A stretch of DNA of 43,293 nt, from positions 1 to 43,293 of the forward strand of contig CAZFWS010000001.1 in assembly GCA_964522625.1 (NCBI GenBank), given 5' to 3'. The translations under genes were made by a program, and so were the position numbers. The first letter of the stretch is position 1, and every line of letters begins with the position of its first letter. This DNA comes from an uncultured Candidatus Peribacteria bacterium (GTDB lineage: Bacteria > Patescibacteriota > Gracilibacteria > BD1-5 > UBA6164). The notes under the pieces were generated by a model, which was given only the letters and a program-made list of their open reading frames with translations, did no database searches and was not told the DNA's origin. Of this stretch, positions 33,449 to 43,050 are shown one piece after another.

Positions 33449-33988
33449 TTATTGAATCGTAAAGTTTAGGCCAAATTTGACGCTATCATACCCGCTGAGT
33501 GACGACACTACTCACAGTTCGAATAATGCGGTGTCATCATTTCGGTAGTCTCGAATCAGAGTAGATGATTTGGCAGCAGCTGTAATACTATCATTTCATT
33601 CTGCTATCGTATCAACTCGGATTTTATCTCATGTCTGACTATATTTTCTCATATTTACACCGTATTTTCCTGCTATTTGTGAAATATGTTGAATGTATTT
33701 TGTAACATGTGAATGCTTGGTCAATGTTTCTAGGACTCACGCGTGTTGTTTAATCGCGATATATGCCTGCATATCAGGGTCACGAGTGACTTCTCTGATA
33801 CTTTGTTGCAACCCATCGAGTTGTGTTTGATTATCAGCAATCTGTTTTCCTAGATACGTATTATACCCAAATAGCCCTCATGTAACGATGACCACTACTG
33901 CAAAAAACACAATACTATTGAGGTTATTTGGTTTTTTTTTCAAGATGCTCTCTGATGTTTTTGTTTCCATTGTCTCTATTGGTTCCAT
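33449..33988 (-). CDS. pilN: PilN-like pilus assembly protein
   Basis: 179 aa. It has the TM segment NSIVFFAVVVIVTGGLFGY, then a coiled coil (QTQLDGLQQSIREV), and sits upstream of the pilO-like gene. The call rests on topology and position only. Confidence 0.55.
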
Positions 33989-34055
33989 ACAAAAAGTTTA
34001 TGTAAAAAATTAAACTAATTCTATGATACCATATCTATGGTACAAAATGCAAAAA

Positions 34056-34081
34056 AAACTCCCTTGAATGGGAGTTTTTTA
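34056..34081. terminator. bidirectional terminator
   Basis: aaactccc-ttgaat-gggagttt is flanked by an A8 run and a T6 run, 10 nt after the stop at 34091-34093. Confidence 0.7.
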
Positions 34082-34090
34082 TCAAAAACA

Positions 34091-34528
34091 TTATGCGTCC
34101 GGTGTACCCGTCAAAATATCAATCATAAATTCTGCAATTGGAAATGCTAGGAATATCAGTACTAAACCAGCAAATGCATAAATAATAGTCTTTTTTGCAC
34201 CCGAAACTTTATCATCATCCCCGACTGATGTGAGGATAATAAATCAGGCATAAATAATAATCAAAACAGTTATAATAGCGAGAAAGCTGAGAACATATGC
34301 AACAACATCTTGAATATATTCCGAAGCACTTCTGTCATTCTCTAAGTCATCTACCTGTTTAATATGTTCAAAACCATTTTCTAAACCACATTTATCCGCA
34401 TCATCACCATGACAGTATGGTATATCTGTCCCTTGATTAATCAGATCACTCAGTCCTGCATCCATTGGAATAGCAAAAATACTCAAACATATTGAGAGAC
34501 CAATGAATAACTGAATCAATAACTTCAT
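34091..34528 (-). CDS. T4SS-pilin-like (VirB2/TrbC-type, CPR 'T4SS_pilin' family) secreted membrane protein
   Basis: 145 aa. The signal peptide is MKLLIQLFIGLSICLSIFAIPMDAG. The C-terminal two-helix module is YIQDVVAYVLSFLAIITVLIIIYAGFIILTSVGDDDKVSGAKKTIIYAFAGLVLIFLAFPIAEFM, the typical ..G.....kv..Ak..i..ai.Gl.i.. pattern. Confidence 0.65.
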
Positions 34529-34560
34529 AATAACAATGAGTAAAAAAATAGAGAGAGCAT

Positions 34561-35637
34561 ATGCTCTGCATAGATATACGAAGTATAAAAATAATTTCTG
34601 TTTTTACAAAAAAAAATTACTATGTGCTCATGTATACACAAAAAGACATTTTCTTAATTTGACTTCTCTGGACTCCTCTTGTTGCCCTGAGCTACTTTTT
34701 AAACAGTAGTATCGGAGTATTTGAAATGATTCTGAGTATGATTCTCTACTTTATGATTTGGTATATCATAAAGATTATTTGGTATAAAATAAGAAAAAAA
34801 GATACTCCAGACGTGATAACAACATGAATAGCATTTCTCAAATCTATTGGGTGTATCAGTATCATTACCGTTTGAATAATCGGAAGTTTTGCCTATTATC
34901 AAAATGAAGTCTCTCCAGCCAGCATGCCAGAATACACTCTCAGCAACGGAGAAAAAACGATCATTTTTCAGACTATGAGTCATATCGGAAGTGTATGATT
35001 TTACGAGACAGTATGAAATAATCTGACTCTTGCAAAACAAAAGGGCTTTGTATATTTTTACGAATGAGTCCGTCCTGGAACCGTAGAAAATACGCAATGA
35101 TTTAACGATGCTATTGGCATACAGTTTGATGCAGAACTCTATAAAAATTTTTCAAAACTGTATGGAGTGGTCGCACAAGATAATAGCAAATATTTTGGCC
35201 TTATTAATAATCAGGACTACAATATAGATCTCTCCATAGATGATATCATGAAAGAGTATAACAAAACAGCTGCTCCTATAACAGAATCTACTGCTCCTCC
35301 GATCGATATCAATACTGAAATCATCTCTATACTCTCAGAACTCCGAGAAAACGAACTCAAAATACTTCGATATATCAACCGTTCCATACTCAATTTTATG
35401 ATCAAAAATGATCGTATACAAGAACTGATCACCGACACATTTGCGAATCCAAAACTTTTTGCTATCATTCTTGATGACAGGAACCACGTACTCTCTCAAG
35501 CTATTGAATCAAGTGAGCATAATAAGATCTATATTACCTATGGTTTACTCCACTTCGACGGAGTACTCGAACTCCTTCAAAACAATGATCCCAACTGGAA
35601 AATTATTTCCACTCAGTACCTCTACCCGATTCAATAA
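34561..35637 (+). CDS. membrane protein, possibly TraB/GumN family
   Basis: The frame is open from 34552 and runs through TGAs into track ORF 35167-35637, giving 358 aa. There are N-terminal TM helices. IIFQTMSHIGSVGFYE and KIYITYGLLHFDGVLELLQ resemble the two GxxH motifs of TraB/GumN. The family call is tentative. Confidence 0.6.
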
Positions 35638-35660
35638 TATCTTTTAATACTCAATAAAAT

Positions 35661-35978
35661 ATGGGCATCATGAAACAAATATGAGCAATGCTCACAGGAA
35701 CTCACTCAACACAACAAAAAACTATCGATTTTTTTGAAACAGAGTTAGAAAAAATGGATAAAAAATCATCAATGAACATATCATTATTAGCCTATGATGC
35801 TTTGACTTTATGGTGACTCGATGAAACACATCAATCAGCTATTATTCAATATATAAAAGAAAAAAAACTCCTCAACCCTTGAGAAGTTAATATGTTAATG
35901 ACATCCGTTAATCAACATAAAGAACAAACAAAAGAAAACACAGCTGATACTCAAAATAAAGTTTCTAATATCCTATAA
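35661..35978 (+). CDS. hypothetical small protein (105 aa)
   Basis: MGIMKQIGAMLTGTHSTQQKTIDFFETELEKMDKK.. has 3 TGA=Gly and ends at TAA 35976-35978. Confidence 0.45.
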
Positions 35979-36968
35979 TTCAGAATCACTCACATCATCC
36001 AGGTAGAATAAACTACTCACATAGAGATATCATCCAATAAAATATATAAATAAAATCAGGCTGAACCCGAGTGTTAATGCTACGTCAAAAATCAGGTGCA
36101 GGGCAATAGAGAATATCAGTCCTGTAATAAAGACTTTTAAGTATCATATTTTTAAGTGACTCTGCCCATAGTGAATCAGTGCTCTGGAAAAGAAATAAGC
36201 CACCACGCTACTGCATAACACATGCACCATCACAGAAAATACGGAACGAAAAAAGTATATTTGTAATATCTCTCCACTCACTCCATACTGAACATAAAAA
36301 TTATAGAGATAGAGCATGTTTTCAATACAAGCAAACCCAAGCGCAATAAATATACCGTATAAAACTCACTTCTGTGGAGTATCTATTTCACGTATACTCG
36401 ACTGCAAAAAATTAAAATGCTTGCTCGATTCTTCTATAAATGCAACAATAAAATAATAGAACACGACTAATTTAAAAGATTCAAATACAATACTCTCAAA
36501 TTTAATACCTGAATCAATCAATATCTCAAATCATCATAACAGTGTATTGACAGCATATAATAAAAATGATGCTCCAAATATAAGGAGACCAAAGACTCAA
36601 ATATTTTTGATATATATTCAAAGTATGTTTTTATCTATGCGCAGTATCAGCAAGCCATATATCAGTGATATACTGACAATCAGTCATAACACCAGTATCA
36701 ATGAAAATGCTATCTCTAAACTAGAGAAAAATGTCCCAATCTCTGAGACATAATAAAACACATTTAAATATTGTATCCCTAAAAAGTCGATGATTTTTTC
36801 GATATATAGTAGTGGTAAAACAGCCAAGGCTCACCCAAACATTCACACAAAAAATCGCTTCTTATGCAGTGGGTTATCATCAACATAAGAAAAAATATAA
36901 GCCCATATTACCATCGGAAAAAATGATATCAAAGCCAAGAGTATGTAAATTCCTATCTGTGATATCAT
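35973..36968 (-). CDS. PrsW-family intramembrane metalloprotease
   Basis: 331 aa and polytopic. The motifs are AFIEESSKH (EExxK), GFACIENMLY (FxxxEN), MVHVLCS, and ALHLIFD (HxxxD). Confidence 0.8.
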
Positions 36969-36974
36969 AGTGTA

Positions 36975-37178
36975 TTATCTAAAAATTTTATATTCCCCTA
37001 CCTGAACATAGTCCTCTCATTTTTTTCATTTTTTTTGCATAAATGAAAAAATATTTCCACCCAACAATCCACCGATTCATAACATCACCAAGAATCCTCC
37101 AAGAAGATAGGCAATAATATCTGGAAATACTATTAATGTAATTCCTGCTATCAATAAAAATATTGGTCCTGTTTTCAT
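36975..37178 (-). CDS. DUF3096-like small membrane protein
   Basis: 67 aa: MKTGPIFLLIAGITLIVFPDIIAYLLGGFLVMLGIGGLLGG... Confidence 0.55.
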
Positions 37179-37211
37179 AATATAATTTTTAATAAGTATT
37201 AGTCTATTTCT
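37172..37211. repeat. 40-bp direct repeat, copy A
   Basis: ttttcataatataatttttaataagtattagtctatttct is identical to 37725-37764. On the minus strand it reads AGAAATAGACTAA, then a 20-nt spacer, then ATGAAAA. Confidence 0.95.
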
Positions 37212-37245
37212 ATAACATTAGTACAACCCTTATAATATATGTATA

Positions 37246-37731
37246 TTAGCGGTTTACTAATACAAATTCTACCAAACCATTATCAGGCATAACAACAATC
37301 TCAACATAACCATCATCATCAATTTTAAATGGTGTAACTGCCACATAACCATCATTCCCCATCACCATCACTGTATCAAAAGGTCCTGAAGGTAAAACCC
37401 TAATTGTTTGGTGATACTCACTAATTTCCGATGGAAAACGGACTCGGATAAAGTTGTTAGTAATAATGTCGAAACTAGGAGGTGTGCCATAATTCACATT
37501 TTCTTCAACAACTACATCCTCAATAAAGTCTGGAATAGCATATACTCTAATTTTATTATCACGTTGATCTATACCCTCATAAACAGAAAGTCCAAAACTT
37601 TGTGATACAATATCCTCATCGACCTTGATAGTCTTAATTTTGTTTTGATTTAAAGAATCTATCCCATCACCACAACTGATTAAAGTGATCAAGGTAGCTA
37701 GGTAAATAAATAGATGAATGAATTTTTTCAT
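37246..37731 (-). CDS. lipoprotein (hypothetical)
   Basis: Intact track ORF of 161 aa. The lipobox is LITLISC-GDG after a signal peptide. None of its 10 Gly codons is TGA. Confidence 0.75.
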   Translation of the reverse strand: MKKFIHLFIYLATLITLISCGDGIDSLNQNKIKTIKVDEDIVSQSFGLSVYEGIDQRDNKIRVYAIPDFIEDVVVEENVNYGTPPSFDIITNNFIRVRFPSEISEYHQTIRVLPSGPFDTVMVMGNDGYVAVTPFKIDDDGYVEIVVMPDNGLVEFVLVNR

Positions 37732-37764
37732 AATATAATTTTTAATAAGTATTAGTCTATTTCT
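37725..37764. repeat. 40-bp direct repeat, copy B (spans murA stop to lipoprotein start)
   Basis: Identical to 37172-37211. It contains the last 13 nt of murA (..GAAATAGAC TAA), the 20-nt intergenic spacer and ATGAAAA of the downstream gene. Confidence 0.95.
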
Positions 37765-39011
37765 TTAATATTTGCACCGAGTGAGCTCAAATTTTTCACA
37801 AGATCCTCATATCCTCTATGAATATACTCTACATTGGTGATTTTTGTTTCACCTTCAGCGATCAACCCGGCCAATACCATAGCTGCTCATGCGCGCAGAT
37901 CCCAGCTGGTCACGGTGGTACCAGAGAGTTTTGATGGCCCAAAGATGAGCGCTTGATGTGGATTCATGAGTGCGACATTGGCATGCATTTTTTCCAGTTC
38001 TACGAGAAAATTGAGTCGCTGTTCGAACAATACTTCGTGTATCTTACTCACTCCGGCTGCTTGTGTCATCAATACTGAGAATGGTGACTGGAGATCGGTT
38101 GGAAATCATGGAAATATATTGGTTTGAATAGATACCGGAGTAATTTTCTTAGCCTTATATACTCGTACACTGTCAGTTCATATTTTTTCTATTTCTACTC
38201 ATGCTTCCTGTAATTTGAGCCTAAATGAATAGAGGTCTTCATAACATGCATTATGAATATCGATATATTTTTCTGCTGAGAGTGCTCCCATAATCATATA
38301 GGTCCCTGACTGAATATAATCAGAAACAATACTAAAATCTTGTTTTTGTGGGTGGAGTTCTGTAACTCACCGAACGGTAATAGTATTATTGTATCCGAGA
38401 GTAATATCTGCTCAGAGACTATTGAGAAAATCAACTAAATTCATCACATGTGGCTCACCAGCAGTCAAAGAAATAGTTGTTGTTCATGATCGTAGTACAT
38501 TCGCAACAATCAAATTCTCGGTTGAAGTAACACCAAAACCAGCATCTATATGGAGATCTCCACCTGACAATTGACCATGTAGTTGAATAAGATCATCTGA
38601 GAGATCATATTTATACCCTATGTTTTTTAGTCCTTCTAAATGACTGTCAATCGGTCGTTTTCATAAATAACAGCCCCCTGGCATGGGAATCTGTATTTTT
38701 CACAAACGAGTTAATAATGGTGCTAACAGCAAAATAGAAACACGAATTTTCTTGATCTTATCAAAATCAAAACCAGATTCATACAATTGGCTCGCATCTA
38801 ATGTGAGACAGTTATCAACAAATGTATGCACTACCCCGATATCTGATAAAATATCTAAAAACGTAAACACATCCCCTATAGCAGGAACATTATGAAGAAT
38901 CGTTTTTCCAGGAACTAAAAGTGATGCTGCAATAATAGGCAGTGCTGCATTTTTAGATCCTCCTATATGTACCTCTCAGCAAAGAGAGGCCGGTCATTGA
39001 ATCGTAAACAA
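37752..39011 (-). CDS. murA: UDP-N-acetylglucosamine 1-carboxyvinyltransferase
   Basis: About 419 aa. The motifs are FTIQGPASLCGEVHIGGSKNAALPIIAASLL, ..KIRVSILLLAPLL.., ..GGCYLGKRPIDSHL, ..TENLIVANVL, ..FPGFPTDLQSPF and ..RGYEDLVKNL. There is no in-frame ATG near the N-terminus, so a TTG at 39011 is assumed. Confidence 0.9.
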
Positions 39012-39047
39012 GATATCAGAATATAAGGGAATAAATAACTTTAATAC

Positions 39048-39120
39048 TGTCCAAAAGTATAGTAAAAAAAAATATTTTTTCAATTTTGATTTTTGTTTTT
39101 TTTTCGTATACTTTTGGACA
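39048..39120. promoter_or_regulatory. 14-bp perfect inverted repeat pair flanking a 45-nt A/T tract in the divergent murA / 39166 intergenic region
   Basis: tgtccaaaagtata (39048-39061) and tatacttttggaca (39107-39120). Confidence 0.4.
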
Positions 39121-39165
39121 TATTTTAGACCCCAACTATTACTTTGATAAACTCATTCTACTGAT

Positions 39166-41079
39166 ATGTTTGAAATCGATTCTTTCCATACACTTACAAC
39201 CTCAGCAAATAACTGAAGTGAAAAACATATCAATCTCGATCAAGATCTTGACGCATTTATCCTCCTTCAATCTGAAGACACTATATTTGCTGAATTTATT
39301 GAAAATACTATCGTTGATACTCTCCTTGATACCGTAGGAACAGAAAAAACATACCATGATTTTTGAGTTGCATTAGAACAAGTAAATAGTCTCATCCAAA
39401 CATGGTGACAAGATCGAAGTGATGTTCCAAGGGTAGATGTTATCATCTGAATTCTCCATAAAAATACTCTTTTGCTTTCAAATATTTGAGCTGCATCAGC
39501 ATATCTCCTCAAAACAAATAAAGAGCTCATAGAAATTACAGATGAGGATGCAAATACCTGAGAACAAAAATTTGGTTTTATATCAAATGGTGAACTGAAT
39601 AATGGTGAAATGGTGTTTTTCTCTTCCAAATCACTGTTAAGTTCATTATCAGAAAGTGATATACTCGATTGTGTTGCAAATGCATCAAACGTGACGGAGT
39701 GTAATAAAAACATGCAAACTATTTTCGCATCTGAAGCATCTGAGGAACATATGTGAGTTCTCTGACTATTATTTAATGCTTACGCAGTAAAGACTCCCGA
39801 ACACATTCTCCTCACTCAAGCTAAAAAATATATTCATACTATATGAGATATGGCTGTTGTTAAAAAAGCGCTCGCCTATGTCATGACACAAAAAAATACC
39901 TATTTAAAAAACGATAAAAATATAAAAACAGGTCTCTTGATGGCTGGTATTATTGTATCACTTATATTGCTCTACTCGTTATTCTCGACTCTTATCTCAC
40001 TCGGGACCAATAGTGTAGATACCGAATGAGTAAAAGAAAATATTACTCAGGCTAAAACGCACTTGCGGCTCGCTTCAGAAAATCTATCCAACGAACAACT
40101 GTTTCATATTAATATACAGGAAGCACAAAGCATAGTGTCAAATTTAGAATCTGATGCTCTGTTTATAGATGATGTATCAAAACTAAACGATGACATTCGA
40201 ATACTACAGGGGCAATTTAATAAAGTAAATACCTTTGAAACATCCGTCGCAGATTCTCTTTATACAGGAGATATTTCTGATGCCGTTACCGTAATTCGAA
40301 ATAAACTCAAAACATATATTATTAAACCAAAAAGTATCCTCGGTCCCATCAATCTACCAGATACAAAAGTAGAAGAATACAGTTTTACCTCTCTCGAAAA
40401 AGATGAAGAATTCATCGATGTTGCCGCGATTGGAGATAATCTATATCTCCTCACTAATTTCTCAAAAATAGTGCAATTCAGTAAAAATGGTTATTTTAGT
40501 TATTCTGATGTTGCTGGACAACAAACTTGGGGAAATGCAAAAGCACTCGAATCATACGGGCAGAATCTATACTTATTAGGGAAAGAAGACAACCAAATCT
40601 ACAAACATGCTAAAAGTGGAAATCTCTTTCAATCATGAAGTCCATACCTCACCAAAGAGGATCAATCAGCCCTAGGGAATCTCGTCAGTTTTAGTATAGA
40701 TGGTGGATTCTATATTCTTAAAGAAGATCTCTCTATGGTGAAACTCTTTGCATCACCAAAATACCGACTCGAAAGCCTCTCACTCAATCAACTCCCAAAT
40801 AACTATACTTTTGATGCATCCTCTGATATACAAGTAAAAACCAGAAATGATCTGAAATATGTGTATATGTTAGGAGATAATCGAGTATGGGTATTTCAAC
40901 CGAATAGTAATGATTATAGAAACACCCAATCACTCCTCTATATCGGTCAAATTGATGGTGGAAGCGAATCAATAAAAGATTTTTACACACATCAAGATGG
41001 TGAAATTCTTATTCTCACAGAGAATGGACTCTACACTATTCACTTTGAAATCAGTGATGATCGAATCATTTTACGATAA
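39166..41079 (+). CDS. hypothetical membrane protein: degenerate PP2C-like N-domain, TM, extracytoplasmic repeat (propeller-like) domain
   Basis: 637 aa. ATG 39166 is in the same frame as track ORFs 40063 and 40735. LLLSNIGAASAYLLKTNKELIEITDED and NGEMVFFSSKSLLSSLSESDI parallel the PP2C motifs (vaNvGDSRayl..g....lT.DH and GD.lllcSDGL...l) but lack the Asp residues. The TM segment is GLLMAGIIVSLILLYSLFSTLISLG. Confidence 0.7.
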
Positions 41080-41112
41080 TTATTTAGCTTTCTCTAGCAT
41101 ATATACGCACCC

Positions 41113-41721
41113 ATGAAAATATTTGTATTTGATACCGAAACCACTGGTTTTATCAATAAAAAAAATCCCAGCCTAGATGCACAACCAAAAGTTGTTCAGT
41201 TCGCTGGAATACTTGGAAGTCTAGAAAATGGTACCTATACTGAAATTGAGCAGATTAATATGCTCTTTAATCCTGAAATACCTATTCCATTTGCAGCATC
41301 CCAAGTACATCATATTTATGATATTGATGTCAAAGATGCTCCAAAAATAAGTGAACAAATAGATGCTGTAATGAGCATGATCAATCAAGCTGATGTTATT
41401 GTGGGTCATAATATTGAATATGATGAACAAATGATCCTCTTAGAACTCAAGAGGCTCGAAAAAGAATATCTCTATCAACCTCAGCAAGTAGTTTGTACTA
41501 TGAAAACTTCCGTTGATTTCTGTGCCCTTCAATGAAATGGAGCTCGTTTCAAATACCCAAAACTGTGAGAACTCCATAAAAAACTCTTTGATGAATACTT
41601 TATCGGAGCACACGATGCCATGACTGATGTCCAGGCAACCCTTCGCTGTTTTATAGAACTGGTAGATAAAAAAGTGATTGTCCTAGAAAAAAAGAAAGAA
41701 GAAGTAATGAGTTTATTTTAA
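41113..41721 (+). CDS. DnaQ-like 3'-5' exonuclease (DEDDh family)
   Basis: 202 aa. ExoI is VFDTETTG, ExoII is VVGHNIEYDEQM, and ExoIII is GAHDAMTDVQAT. Confidence 0.85.
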
Positions 41722-41739
41722 TTCCCTTAATACCATATC

Positions 41740-41967
41740 ATGACTAATTACGGATGACTGATCAATGTAGAAGAATTCGGAGACAAACGAGATTATTTTG
41801 TACCAGATCGATGAGAAATATCATTTTATTGTAAAGATTGTAAAAAAATAGTACAAACTCAGAGACCAAAACCAAATGAGTATATATTTATATGTGAAGT
41901 TTGTGATAGTTTAAATATCGCTATATGAACAGAAGAATCCCTTAAGACGAAGTACAAAATAAAATAA
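41740..41967 (+). CDS. small zinc-ribbon protein
   Basis: 75 aa with two CxxC pairs: YCKDCKK...ICEVCDS. 4 TGA=Gly. Confidence 0.5.
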
Positions 41968-42033
41968 AGTTTTGACAAAACTATACACAATATATACACT
42001 ATTTATATACCTTATATATTTACCACACAATAC

Positions 42034-43020
42034 ATGAACAAAAATGACGCATTACAGAGTGCACTCGACCAAATCGAAAAACAATTTTGAAAAGGATCTA
42101 TTATGAAAATGGGAGACAAAGACGGAGGAATGAAGATCGAAACATCGAGTTCTGGTTCAGTCGCTCTCGATATGGCTCTCGGAGGATGATATGCTAAAGG
42201 AAGAATCGTAGAAATATATGGACCAGAATCCTCTGGTAAAACGACGCTCACTCTTCATGCTATCGCAGAAGTACAAAAAGCAGGATGAACCGCAGCATTT
42301 ATCGATGCAGAACATGCACTCGACCCAGAATATGCCAAAAAAATTGGAGTAGATACGGATAATATGCTGATCTCTCAACCAGACTATGGTGAACAAGCAC
42401 TTGAAATAGTAGATTCACTCGTGCGATCTGGTGCCGTTGATCTGATCGTTGTTGATTCAGTTGCTGCCCTCACTCCAAAAGCAGAAATCGAAGGAGATAT
42501 GGGTGATTCTCATATGGGTCTACAAGCACGACTCATGTCACAAGCGCTTCGAAAAATCACAGGTACTATTAGTAAAAGTGGAACCACTGTTATCTTTATC
42601 AATCAAATCAGAATGAAGATTGGAGTTATGTTTGGTAGTCCAGAAACCACGACTGGTGGGAACGCGCTTAAATTCTATGCTTCACAACGAATTGATGTGC
42701 GACGAAAGGCTAAAGTAGAATCAGGAACGGGAATGGAAAAAGAGATCTCAGGAAATCTCACCAAAGTAAAAGTCATTAAAAACAAAGTGGCTCCTCCATT
42801 TAAAGAGGCTGAATTTGATATCATGTATAACGAAGGAATTTCTAAAGTATGAGAACTGGTCGACATAGGGGCTGATCTCGGAGTCGTTAAAAAAGCTGGT
42901 GCATTTTACTCATATGGTGAAACAAAGCTGGGTCAAGGACGAGAAAATGCAAAGAAATTTTTAAAAGAAAATGAAAAACTAGCAAATGAGATAGAAGAAG
43001 TAATTAAAAATAGTGTATAA
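42034..43020 (+). CDS. recA: recombinase RecA
   Basis: 328 aa. The motifs are [68 protein letters not shown] and [33 protein letters not shown] is at LGG-G (42187-42189). Confidence 0.98.
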
Positions 43021-43021
43021 A

Positions 43022-43049
43022 AAAATAATGCCGAGCTCGGCATTATTTT
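43022..43049. terminator. bidirectional terminator after recA
   Basis: Perfect palindrome aaaataatgccgag/ctcggcattatttt followed by a T-run. It lies between convergent stops at 43020 and 43051. Confidence 0.8.
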
Positions 43050-43050
43050 T

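Noticed and set aside
34699-35097. The 132-aa minus-strand ORF could be a gene.
   Set aside because: It lies antisense to a 358-codon plus-strand frame that runs continuously (via TGA) into track ORF 35167-35637 and has TM helices and family-like motifs. The minus-strand product has an odd C/W/H-rich composition.
39267-39713. The 148-aa minus-strand ORF could be a gene.
   Set aside because: It is antisense to the 637-codon plus-strand gene, whose three track fragments share one frame.
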